Source of the DNA: an uncultured Nitrososphaerales archaeon
GTDB taxonomy: Archaea; Thermoproteota; Nitrososphaeria; Nitrososphaerales; Nitrososphaeraceae
Length of the DNA: 64,000 bases
Reading direction: 5' to 3'
Assembly (NCBI GenBank): GCA_963709405.1
Contig: CAVPXM010000030.1
Location: 32,001 to 96,000 of the forward strand
Shown here: one piece after another, positions 54,626 through 64,000 of the stretch
How the letters are laid out: each line of letters opens with the position of its first letter
How positions within the stretch are numbered: position 1 is the first letter of the stretch
The notes under the pieces: model-generated
The model's database searches: none
What the model was told of the DNA's origin: nothing
The model's input: only the letters and a program-made list of their open reading frames with translations
Position numbers and translations under genes: made by a program

Positions 54626-55237
54626 TTACTTTGCGCTTCTTTTGTGAATTAATCGAATCGTTTCCTTACCGTAATCGTTAGTTAATTTACGCTCTTCTTG
54701 TGCTCCACATTCGATGCATTTTATGGCATTATTTATCCGAACAGTATCTCCGCCACAGTTAAAACACAATGTGTATATAACCCCATACTCTTTTTCGTCG
54801 ATTGTAATATGAATAGTTGAATTAAGCAAACTAATAACTCGTCCTCTTATAATATCACCAACCCTGAAAATGACCCTACTCTTTCGTTCTCCACGGCTCC
54901 ATCCGCTACCACTCAAAGCAACCCTTGTGGATGCGATCGCGGAGAATCCCGAAATTGATTTCTTTTCATTTAAATAAAGAATTCTTACCGACATCATACT
55001 ACCAAAAAGCATCTCTATATAACCAACCACTGTATCTCCAATCTTAGCCAACATCGGAGAATTTTTTTGTTTAATTTTGACTATGTGCCTTTTGAGATCA
55101 TACATAGGTAACCCGACGGTCGCGGATCTAATATTTCCATCAAGAACATAAGTATTCTTTCCTCCTTCAAATTCTTCGATCAATGCAACATATTCGCCAG
55201 GAACAATAACAGTCGTAGGTTCATTTCCTTTGCCCAT
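54626..55237 (-). CDS. csl4: Exosome complex RNA-binding protein Csl4
   Basis: VPGE....EEF..G.NTY, S1 domain FRVGDIIRGRV and a C-terminal Zn ribbon C..C...C..C..EERK. Confidence 0.9.
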   Translation of the reverse strand: MGKGNEPTTVIVPGEYVALIEEFEGGKNTYVLDGNIRSATVGLPMYDLKRHIVKIKQKNSPMLAKIGDTVVGYIEMLFGSMMSVRILYLNEKKSISGFSAIASTRVALSGSGWSRGERKSRVIFRVGDIIRGRVISLLNSTIHITIDEKEYGVIYTLCFNCGGDTVRINNAIKCIECGAQEERKLTNDYGKETIRLIHKRSAK

Positions 55238-55655
55238 ATATAGAAGTTAATTTGCATGAAAGTTATAATTGTTACACCATCTTCAAGCTTAGTTTCTTAA
55301 CGGTTTCATGTAGTCATAATTTATTTTGAACATGAAGACAAAAGTGTCTAACCACACTAGATGAAGATGAAGAATTGTATTGACACTAATGTGCAAGTCA
55401 TCTTGTTCAACTAGTTACTATTAATCTTACGGCATAATCATGCTAATGTTTGATTTAACATAATTATCAGATCTGATCCATACCAAACTTATGGTAACAC
55501 TGGTTGCATTTGAATTTTTCTCTACCCGCGATACCTGAAACCACCTCAAGCTGACTCTTAGTTCTGCAATTTGGACATTTTCCATATATCGTTCTCCTAG
55601 CCAATAATATGTATTCAGCATATAACCTATTAATAACTTACATGCATTTTTAGAT

Positions 55656-56387
55656 ATGAAATTCGTAGACTGGTTTCCGTACTATCAGGATATTAGAAAA
55701 CAGTTTGGATATAGCACTGAGATGGATCAACATGCAGCCGACCTGTTGTCTAGATTAATCAGAAGAAAGGCTCTGGATACTAAAATACTGCGTAGGAAAA
55801 TTGAGGGAAAACGAATCTTAGTCATAGGAGCAGGGAAGAGTCTAGAGACTAACACGACCTTTTTAAAAAAAAATAAGAATTCAGTGAAGATTGTTGCCGA
55901 CGGCGCGGTTCAAGCCCTGATAGAGAGAAAAATCAAACCAGATATAGTGGTTACTGATTTGGATGGGAATCTATCATTTTTATTCAAGGCGGAGCGTATA
56001 GGAGCAATCATGGTGGTACACGCACATAGTGATAACGTCGATAAACTAAAGAAGATTATTCCAAAATTTAAACACGTTGTAGGTACGACTCAAGTCATGC
56101 CAGTCAAAAATGTCTATAATTTTGGAGGCTTTACTGATGGTGATCGGTGTGCATTCCTAGCAGAAGAATTTGGAGCAAAGGAGATTATCCTAGTGGGTAT
56201 GGATTTTGGTAAAGAGATCGGCATATATTCAAAAGGTTTCATAAAAGATCCCAAATTGAAAATGGAAAAAATGAGAGTTGCTAGAAGGCTACTCGAAATG
56301 TTATCGAAGAGATCCAGTTCAAAATTATTCGATACATCAAAGCGGCCCATCAAGGGTTATGCGCCTTTTATGGCCGAAGGCATTTGA
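55656..56387 (+). CDS. mptE: 6-hydroxymethyl-7,8-dihydropterin pyrophosphokinase (MptE-like)
   Basis: VIGAG, VADGA, PDIVVTDLDG, VHAHSDN and NFGGFTDGDR. Confidence 0.85.
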   Translation: MKFVDWFPYYQDIRKQFGYSTEMDQHAADLLSRLIRRKALDTKILRRKIEGKRILVIGAGKSLETNTTFLKKNKNSVKIVADGAVQALIERKIKPDIVVTDLDGNLSFLFKAERIGAIMVVHAHSDNVDKLKKIIPKFKHVVGTTQVMPVKNVYNFGGFTDGDRCAFLAEEFGAKEIILVGMDFGKEIGIYSKGFIKDPKLKMEKMRVARRLLEMLSKRSSSKLFDTSKRPIKGYAPFMAEGI

Positions 56388-56571
56388 TGTCCAAATTACT
56401 GCTAATTACTTAACAATATCAAGCATTCATTTTGAATGAATCTTACATCAATTAGAGAACCTCATTCCAAACTAGAAAATAAAGGTATGTAAAAGTAAGT
56501 TGTCATACATCTGACGATGAATTTCTATATGAAAAGCTATTATACCTTTTTATGTCACAGGTATTTATCAC

Positions 56572-57253
56572 ATGACTAACTACTCAGACGATGATATCAG
56601 ACAAGCGGCCGAAATTCGGGAATGGCTTGTAAAACAGCTAGCTGATAAACAGGAAGAAATTGAAAGATTACGTACTACACTTTTACTTATTGATAGTTTG
56701 TTGAAACAAGGTAGCTTTAAATCGAGCTTCTAACCTTGACACTTCAATTACATTACCCGCTTCAGCCAGCCAAGTAGGTCTTGCGCGACAGGATACGGCC
56801 ATACCGTTTAAGAACAGTGGAACGACGGATGATGCTAATTTCATCAGTAATTCCCCGAAAGTTACGGAGCGTATCAATAAAAAAGATACAGAAGCAAAAG
56901 AGATAAAACCCCTTATACGGTTCAAAGACAATCTGTTATTAGCAAATGCAGAAATATATCCAAGCTCAGTCGAAATTGTTCCTACAAGAGGAATTATTCT
57001 TAATGTCAATACTCCTCCCTTTAAATCGTTCTTTTTGAATAGGATTTTGGAAGGAATGAAAATGAAAGATGCAGAAAAAGCAAGCCAAGGGCAGATCAAA
57101 GAGTCTGAATTATTAAATTACGAGATCGATGAAGATGGTGAAGGTCTGATAAAAAGGATTAAAATAAGTAATTATCGAGAGAAAGAGAGATTGAACGAGA
57201 TATTTAACACATCAAGCTGGGTTTTTACTAGGATGATAGAAAAAAGTGGCTGA
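56572..57253 (+). CDS. Hypothetical protein split by a +1 frameshift near 56724 (only partly shown in the ORF track)
   Basis: MTNYSDDDIRQAAEIREWL... continues in the next frame, which is open through ORF 57035-57253; overlaps the guaA start. Confidence 0.65.
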
Positions 57254-58793
57254 TACCAATATCGATAAGATTGTAGTACTTGATTTTGGATCGCAGTACA
57301 GTCATCTTATATGCAGACGTATCCGTGAAGCAAATGTATATTGCGAGTTGTTACCCTACAATACGTCTGCTAAAATAGTTCATGAAATTAATCCAAAAGG
57401 TATAATTCTTTCTGGAGGGCCAGCGAGTATTTATGCAAAGGATTCTCCAATTCCAGATAAACAGATTTTTGAAATGGGAGTTCCAATTCTGGGCATATGT
57501 TATGGTCATCAACTAATAATAGATAAATTTGGAGGCAAAGTCAAGAGATCAGAATATAGAGAATACGGAAGCGCTGAATTGATTATCGATGATGCCTGTG
57601 ATCTGTTTGATGGCGTAGGTAATAAGATTAGGTGTTGGATGAGTCACGCTGATGCTGCTGAAGTGCTCCCAGATGGTTTTAAAGTCCTTGCACACACACA
57701 AAATTCGTCATCTGCTGCAGTTGTAAGTAAAGAGAAAAAAATCTATGGAATTCAATTTCACCCAGAGGTAGTTCATACTGAGAAAGGAATAGAAATCCTC
57801 AAGAACTTTTCCCATAAGATTAGTAGAGCTAGATCGGATTGGAGTATGGAAAATTTTATAGAAAGAACTATTCACGATATCAGAACTAAAGTTAGAAATG
57901 AAAAAGTGTTATGCGCTGTAAGCGGTGGAATAGACTCTACTACTGTAGCGGTATTGCTGCACAAAGCGTTAGGAAGCAATCTTCGATGTGTCTTTGTTAA
58001 CCACGGTTTATTGAGGGAAGATGAGCAAAATCAAGTTCCTAAGCTATTTAAAGACCATTTTGGAATAGAGATAATTTACGTTGATGCAGAACAAGAATTT
58101 TTGACAGAGTTGAAAGGAATTTCTGATCCAGAACAGAAACGTAAAATTATTGGTAAGGAATTCGCAAATTCATTCCTTCAGATTGCGTTAAGAGAAGGAC
58201 CATTTCAATGGCTTGCGCAAGGAACTTTATACCCAGACATAATTGAGAGCGGAATATCCAAGGGACCAGCTTCCTTAATAAAAACTCATCACAATGTTGG
58301 AGGTCTTCCGAAGGACCTTAAGTTTAAGATAATAGAGCCATTAAGTAGTCTCTACAAAGATGAGGTCAGAAGAGTCGCCAAATTGATTGGTGTACCTGAA
58401 ATATTGTTACATCGACATCCTTTCCCGGGGCCCGGTCTGGCTGTTAGGATAATTGGAGAGGTTACCTCCGAAAAGGTTAGGATAGCAAAACACGCTAGTA
58501 AAATAGTTGAAGACGAGTTAATGTCTGCTGGTTTCTATGATAAAGTGTGGCAAGCCTATGCTGCGGTAGGAGATGATATGGCAGTTGGAGTACTGGGGGA
58601 TGAGCGCATGTATGGCCATATTGTAATAGTCAGGGTTGTAGAATCAGCTGATGCAATGACAGCAAATTGGACCAGATTACCCTACGATCTGATTGGTAAC
58701 ATTAGCAATAGAATTACGAATGAGGTTGATGGCATCACATGGGTTACCTATGCAATATCATCCAAACCTCCGGCAACCATAGAACCACAATGA
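57246..58793 (+). CDS. guaA: GMP synthase (glutamine-hydrolysing)
   Basis: LDFGSQY, PILGICYGHQ, QFHPEV, SGGIDS, IKTHHNVGGLP and KPPATIE. Confidence 0.96.
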   Translation: MADTNIDKIVVLDFGSQYSHLICRRIREANVYCELLPYNTSAKIVHEINPKGIILSGGPASIYAKDSPIPDKQIFEMGVPILGICYGHQLIIDKFGGKVKRSEYREYGSAELIIDDACDLFDGVGNKIRCWMSHADAAEVLPDGFKVLAHTQNSSSAAVVSKEKKIYGIQFHPEVVHTEKGIEILKNFSHKISRARSDWSMENFIERTIHDIRTKVRNEKVLCAVSGGIDSTTVAVLLHKALGSNLRCVFVNHGLLREDEQNQVPKLFKDHFGIEIIYVDAEQEFLTELKGISDPEQKRKIIGKEFANSFLQIALREGPFQWLAQGTLYPDIIESGISKGPASLIKTHHNVGGLPKDLKFKIIEPLSSLYKDEVRRVAKLIGVPEILLHRHPFPGPGLAVRIIGEVTSEKVRIAKHASKIVEDELMSAGFYDKVWQAYAAVGDDMAVGVLGDERMYGHIVIVRVVESADAMTANWTRLPYDLIGNISNRITNEVDGITWVTYAISSKPPATIEPQ

Positions 58794-59057
58794 GAATTAT
58801 TGTGGTTCAAAAGTAAAAGGTTGCATACTGCTTGACGTTCAGAATGGATCGCCAGAAACACTGCTCAATTGTAGATATATGAAACATTCTAGTCACTGCT
58901 ATTCTTTTGCACACGTGAACCATAGGAATAACTATCCGAAATGATCCGTGATTATTATCTTCTATTAACAGATTCTTTGTTAAGGCATCTATCTTCGATA
59001 AAACACTCACATTTGATATCGTAAAATTTATGATGTGCAAGGGTTATCTTATATAAT

Positions 59058-59267
59058 ATGGGCATCAATCTTATATTAATGAGCAACGAAAAACGAGAGG
59101 ATTTCCATGAAAATAATCTTCTAACACTCTCAAACATTAAATCCATAATAGAAGGATTAGACACATTGTTACTTACTGACCTCGATGGTGAGAAACGTGT
59201 GAGAGTGATAAAGCTCAGGGACGAATTAGTTTCATATATAAGTAGTATATTTAATGACTACTCTTGA
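59058..59267 (+). CDS. Small hypothetical protein
   Basis: 69-aa helical ORF. Confidence 0.4.
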   Translation: MGINLILMSNEKREDFHENNLLTLSNIKSIIEGLDTLLLTDLDGEKRVRVIKLRDELVSYISSIFNDYS

Positions 59268-59555
59268 AATTTCGTTAGCGCGAAATCTAGAGGGGAATAA
59301 CTTGATCGATCACCTGCCTAAATTATCATTCTCAATTTGTGATCGGACTCTTTTGACAGTAACACCAATATTATTTGTATCGATCAATAATTAGCATATT
59401 CTTGTATATACTCACAAAAATATGTCACAAATATAGATTGAATTTCAACAGAACATATGTTCCATACAGATCTTGATTTCTTTGAGTTATGCGCTTGTTG
59501 TTAATTCTTGAAAGCTTAATTATGAGTACAAATCTCCTATCATAAGATATCGAAG

Positions 59556-61022
59556 TTGCCATATAGAGTCGATAACGGTAAGATAGAACGATTAAGTTTC
59601 ACTTCGGCAGAGGTAATGCAGAAGCTTAAAGACGATAAAATCAAGTTTTTGGACTTGCAGTTCACGGGACTTACTGGTAGATTCCACCATACTACCATGG
59701 CAGCTAACATGTTCCAACAAGAAGACTTCGAATTTGGACTCCCGAAACTTGACGGCTCATCGATCCGAGGATTTACCGAAATTCATGAATCCGATCTAAT
59801 TATCAAACCAGATCCATCAACATATGCCGTGATTCCATGGATCGAAAAAGATTATACCGCAAGGTTGATCTGTGATATCTTAAGTGGGGGATCCGAAAGG
59901 CTCGCATTTAGCCGAGATCCAAGATCAATCGCTATGCGTGCAGAAAAATACGTCAGTGGCCAAGGTTATCACTCTTCAAATTGGGGACCAGAAATAGAAT
60001 TTTTTGTCTTTGATAAGCTAGAAGTGAATACTATGACTCCGTATCATAGTCAGAGTTATAATATAGTTTCGAGAGAAGCACCATGGTCTACTGAAGGTGG
60101 AGGGTATGCATTAAGGCTGAAGGAAGGATATCTTCCAAGTGCTCCAGGTGATACTTTGATGGAATATCGCAATGAGTGCGTTGATATTTTAAGTAACAAT
60201 TTCGGGATTATCTGTGACGCGCATCATCATGAAGTTGCAACAGCGGGGCAGTGCGAAATCGATATTAGATATGACACACTTACTAATGCTGCGGATGCAG
60301 TACAGAGCTATAAATATATCGTGAAAAATATCGCTAAGAAGCATAATATGATAGCTACCATGATGCCGAAGCCAATCGCACTTGACAATGGCTCAGGAAT
60401 GCATGTCAATGTAAGCCTATGGAATAATGGAACAAACCTCTTTTTTGATGCAGATGATGGGTATGCGGAAATGTCTGAAACAGCACATTATTTTGGAGGC
60501 GGAATACTTGATCATGCCTATGCTCTTGCAGCCATAGTTGCTCCGACTACAAATTCTTATAGAAGACTTGTTCCAGGATACGAGGCTCCAGTGTACATAG
60601 CATGGAGTACTGGTAATAGATCTGCGATAATTAGGATCCCAGCACACTTCAAGGGTGAAAAGTTTTCTAAGATGAAACGAATTGAATTCAGAGCTCCGGA
60701 TCCATCATGCAACCCGTATTTGGCGTTCTCTGCAATAGTTGCGGCCGGATTAGATGGTATTCGGAAGAAGACTTCGATAGGCTCACCAGTGGATGAAGAT
60801 ATCTTCAAGATGACCCCGAAAAAGAGAAGAGAATTTGGAATCAAGCAACTACCTGCGAGTCTGAGAGATGCCTATGAAGAATTAGAAAACGACAGAACGT
60901 TCCTGAAGCCTATCTTTGGCGATGATACGATCGATATGTTAATCGAGAATGAAGTTAAAGATCATAATGAAGTGGCTGTTAGACCACATCCACATGAATT
61001 TTCTATGTATGCCGACGTTTAG
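59556..61022 (+). CDS. glnA: Glutamine synthetase type I
   Basis: DGSSIRGF, HHHEVATAGQCEI, MPKP...NGSGMH, NSYRRLVPGYEAP and RIEFRAPDPSCNPYL. Confidence 0.96.
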   Translation: MPYRVDNGKIERLSFTSAEVMQKLKDDKIKFLDLQFTGLTGRFHHTTMAANMFQQEDFEFGLPKLDGSSIRGFTEIHESDLIIKPDPSTYAVIPWIEKDYTARLICDILSGGSERLAFSRDPRSIAMRAEKYVSGQGYHSSNWGPEIEFFVFDKLEVNTMTPYHSQSYNIVSREAPWSTEGGGYALRLKEGYLPSAPGDTLMEYRNECVDILSNNFGIICDAHHHEVATAGQCEIDIRYDTLTNAADAVQSYKYIVKNIAKKHNMIATMMPKPIALDNGSGMHVNVSLWNNGTNLFFDADDGYAEMSETAHYFGGGILDHAYALAAIVAPTTNSYRRLVPGYEAPVYIAWSTGNRSAIIRIPAHFKGEKFSKMKRIEFRAPDPSCNPYLAFSAIVAAGLDGIRKKTSIGSPVDEDIFKMTPKKRREFGIKQLPASLRDAYEELENDRTFLKPIFGDDTIDMLIENEVKDHNEVAVRPHPHEFSMYADV

Positions 61023-61552
61023 TGCGGGGTTCTCGGGTCTGGTGACCCTTCCATTTGCTCGACCACTTTTCAGAGTATTTGAAAATTTGTTTATTGGTTA
61101 GAGTCCTTTCAGTATATCCCACTCTACTCGTAATGACATGAACGTATTGTAGCTAAGTATATCCTAGAAAAAGAAATCGCGTACATAAATGTGGTAATGT
61201 CGATTCCCGAATGTCTGCTATACGTGCGACGTTTGTGGGACTGCATTTTACAGTAGTGCACTGACGCATACAGTGCTATGATGGGTCATTGAAGTTGTGA
61301 GAAAAGGATAGCTAAAGACGTGAGTAAATATTATGTATGTAGGACTTGTAAAGGCGCATTTTTTTGAACTATAACTCGTTAATGAGCATAGAACTACGAC
61401 CGCTTATCCAGAATTTGAAAGGCAAAGTCATTAATAGAAACAGACACGGCCTAACGAAAGTGTATTCAAAGTAACCACGTAGCAGGACAAGAGATCGAAG
61501 CCATGAAAAAGAAATTGTGAGAATCGTATAATGAGTCTATCATACTACAATA

Positions 61553-61588
61553 CTAAAATACCTAGCTAAAATACCTAGCTAAAATACC
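61553..61588. repeat. 13-bp tandem repeat CTAAAATACCTAG, about 2.8 copies
   Basis: Read directly. Confidence 0.8.
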
Positions 61589-61702
61589 CAGGATAGAATA
61601 GGGGATTAATATAGATAGTAGGTCTTACAGATAACACTCGCGCTTACAGTAAGGTACAGGTAAACCCCAATGCTTAAATAAAAATATCGATTCTCGCTTG
61701 TC

Positions 61703-62119
61703 ATGAATAAACAAGTTTCAAATCAGCGAAACGACTATTTCAGAGATGCGTGTAAAGCTGATGAAGTACCTGAGGGTAGTATGAAACATGTAGAAGTTGA
61801 CGGAAGGGAAATCTTGATTGCCAAGGTTGACGGGAAATTCTACGCTATCGCTGATAGGTGTGGGCATATGAACGCTTTACTTTCAATGGGCTACTTGGAC
61901 GCTGCTAAAAACAAGGTCACATGCGGATTTCATGGGGCTCAGTTTGATATAACAACTGGGCAAAAATTGAAGGAACCCAGATTGACGCCTCCGGAAGGGA
62001 TGGATCCACTCCCAGAGAAATTGTCTGAGTTTGTGTACAAAATGATGAACCCTATCAGAACCTACGATCAAGAGAGGTATGAGGTAAAAGTTGAGGACAA
62101 TATGGTCAAGGTAAAGTGA
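61703..62119 (+). CDS. Rieske [2Fe-2S] ferredoxin
   Basis: CGH...CGFHGAQFDITTG Rieske ligands. Confidence 0.9.
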   Translation: MNKQVSNQRNDYFRDACKADEVPEGSMKHVEVDGREILIAKVDGKFYAIADRCGHMNALLSMGYLDAAKNKVTCGFHGAQFDITTGQKLKEPRLTPPEGMDPLPEKLSEFVYKMMNPIRTYDQERYEVKVEDNMVKVK

Positions 62120-62127
62120 AAGTGTAT

Positions 62128-62226
62128 ATGTCTTCGGATATAACACAAGAAGCTCATTGATTTCAAAGAAGCTCGTAGTCGCTGACTTTTGGGCTCCATG
62201 GTGTCCGTATTGTATGAGATTGAAAT
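62128..62226 (+). pseudogene. Truncated thioredoxin
   Basis: VVADFWAPWCPYC, after which similarity stops abruptly. Confidence 0.7.
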
Positions 62227-62258
62227 TACAGTTTTACTGTAATAAAATATTAACCGTT

Positions 62259-62520
62259 ATGCCAAGACTAGGGGCTATCGAAAAAGAAGAGGTGAAAAGC
62301 ACTATTCTTGTTTGCAGGGCAAGGGGTTATAATTATAAACAAATTCTGTCTGTGGTAAATGATAGCTTAAGAAAGTATAACAACAGTGTCTCAGAAAAAA
62401 GCCATATTCAATATTCTGGCAAAGACAAAGAAAGATGCTCAGGAATGGCTGAAAAATCTTTCAGTAGGTAAAGATGATTACATCGATGAATATAGACACA
62501 GGATAATGGAGTTAAACTTC
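62259..62520 (+). pseudogene. HTH-like protein fragment (mobile-element type), frameshifted at an A-run near 62400
   Basis: MPRLGAIEKEEVKSTILVCRARGYNYKQI... then AIFNILAKTKKDAQEWLKNL...YIDEYRHRI in the next frame. Confidence 0.45.
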
Positions 62521-62670
62521 TGTTGATATCTTTGTCTATTCATAAACTTGTACAACTCTCGTCTAGTGAGCATGTACCATATTACAACTAGGATTTCCTT
62601 TGCTGTAGCGACAATAGCTTTAGGATGTCCTTTTCTAATCTTTAGTCTTTCATAGAATGTTCTGACTAAA
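62520..62670 (-). mobile_element. IS110-family transposase C-terminal remnant
   Basis: RTFYERLKIRKGHPKAIVATAKEILVVIWYML. Confidence 0.7.
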
Positions 62671-62777
62671 GTTAGAAGTTAGTTATTAGTTATTAGAATC
62701 GGAACATCTCGAAGGCTATCAGAATAAACCAGAAATACTAATACCCTCATCCACACATGGATGATCATACGTTTTTG

Positions 62778-62978
62778 CTATTCTTTTTTTCTCGACTTGC
62801 CAAAATAAATCATTAACCCCAAACAAATAAAGCCAATGAACTCTGGGATTATAAACAACTTAAATCTATCGTAAGGCGAGGCACCATAATCCACTAAACT
62901 AGCGATAGGACCACCAACTAGCCCACCAAATAATCCTACCATTATTGCGATAGTTATTATTCGCTCTTTTTTCTCCAT
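62778..62978 (-). CDS. Small two-TM membrane protein
   Basis: Two hydrophobic segments and a basic C-terminal tail. Confidence 0.5.
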   Translation of the reverse strand: MEKKERIITIAIMVGLFGGLVGGPIASLVDYGASPYDRFKLFIIPEFIGFICLGLMIYFGKSRKKE

Positions 62979-63164
62979 AGGTTCTTGTAATTAAGAAGCT
63001 TATTACGCAAGTATACTTTTGCCTTTACGATTGTACTGAGTTACACTTTTCTGTTCTTTGAATAATAGTTAAGTTAGTAACAATTAATGAGGTTAACGGG
63101 ATCGGCTTACGACTCCATTCGAAGGTAAACAGGTACACAGCCATATCCACAGGAGTATGAGTAC

Positions 63165-63217
63165 CAAAATATACTACATGCAAAATATACTACATGCAAA
63201 ATATACTACATGCAAAA
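63165..63217. repeat. 16-bp tandem repeat CAAAATATACTACATG, 3.3 copies
   Basis: Perfect copies at 63165, 63181 and 63197. Confidence 0.9.
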
Positions 63218-63240
63218 CAATATTCAGTCCGCAGTGATTC

Positions 63241-63630
63241 TCATTGGGTAATAAACGAATAGCTATTAGTAAGGCTATCTCTACATTCCAAAGTTCCATC
63301 GTTAAGGATGATGCAATTTTCAGGCACTACTCTCATACTTGTGGGATTGCCCTTCATAAATTGCATAGCTTGTGATTGATTCATAACACCCATGTTCTTC
63401 ATTCCCATCACTGAAATCTGCATTCGTGCCATATTCATTTGTTCCAACGCTGCGCTGGCATTACCTGCTGACATAGCCTTATCTGCAGCCTTTAAATGCA
63501 TTCTCACAGATTGCATCATAACTGATGACATATTCGTATTTGCATTCTTCGAGCCATTCGACTGAGCTATCACTGGTGTCATTATTGCAGGCAAAATGCT
63601 AGCCCCAAGAAGAAACTGGACCGGACCCAT
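63241..63630 (-). CDS. Secreted Met-rich hypothetical protein
   Basis: Leader ending PVIAQ; many Met residues; C-terminal CIILNDGTLEC. Confidence 0.55.
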   Translation of the reverse strand: MGPVQFLLGASILPAIMTPVIAQSNGSKNANTNMSSVMMQSVRMHLKAADKAMSAGNASAALEQMNMARMQISVMGMKNMGVMNQSQAMQFMKGNPTSMRVVPENCIILNDGTLECRDSLTNSYSFITQ

Positions 63631-64000
63631 CCAGAGCAGATACTACTTCATTTAAGCCTTTACCGGAACTTCTCAATACCAGAAGTACTTGATGTTTGTC
63701 TCCTCCAGCTGTTGAACCTCCACCACGCAGACTTGTGAATGAATATTGGTTGTCAATTCCAAAAGCCTGGATTCTTTAATTCAGAAATAGCTTTGCCAAG
63801 TTGATTTGCTGGGACCATAAGTGTGGTGATGGTATCTGCATTTTTGGTTGTTACGGCAGCTGATAGCGTTGATGATGATGAGGATGTTTTAGCAGTAGTA
63901 CCATTAAAAGGAGTGCTCAGTGGCTGTGACACCTTGAAGATACCATTATGTACATTCATTTTTTGTTCCGCCGCATAAGGGAACGGAGATAGAAAACTGC

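Noticed and set aside
906-60844. Many short ORFs antisense to or overlapping real genes (for example 906-1163, 16582-16926, 37164-37532, 52287-52691, 56683-57099, 60557-60844)
   Set aside because: Shadow frames of well-supported genes with no motifs of their own.
61210-61410. Degenerate double zinc-finger relic (YTCDVCGTAF...; YVCRTCKGAF...EH)
   Set aside because: Broken by stops and frameshifts; too short to call as a feature.
63165-63217. Tandem repeat as a second CRISPR array
   Set aside because: Units are contiguous with no spacers.
63632-64000. C-terminal part of a minus-strand gene running off the window end
   Set aside because: Frameshifted and truncated by the window; no product can be supported.

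Overview
Low-GC chromosomal window from an ammonia-oxidising archaeon (Nitrososphaerota, most likely Nitrososphaeraceae). The evidence is a stand-alone amoC, a TFB, archaeal exosome Csl4, Trm56, prefoldin alpha, FtsY and a BHB intron-containing tRNA. From about 35 to 61 kb it is mostly core genome (AhbAB/ChdC heme genes, sufC, ftsY, argF, UbiD-family decarboxylase, nrdJ, pheA, guaA, glnA). From about 24.9 to 34.8 kb it is a decayed accessory island next to tRNA-Ser(GCT), with an integrase fragment, IS5 and IS110 remnants, an orphan Dam-type methylase and a small CRISPR array with no cas genes in the window. The most unusual signal is in that array. Two adjacent 37-nt spacers are the same hairpin scaffold (CTAGGCGG...CCGCCTAG) and differ only in a 10-nt loop. 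A third, free-standing relative of that hairpin lies 20 kb away at about 11.37-11.40 kb, and the array is bracketed by two same-orientation IS5-type ends. Several housekeeping genes are split by single-base frameshifts that sit at GCWGC or AGCT motifs, which suggests methylation-linked sequencing errors rather than true pseudogenes. All product calls come from motif recognition by eye; no database searches were run.
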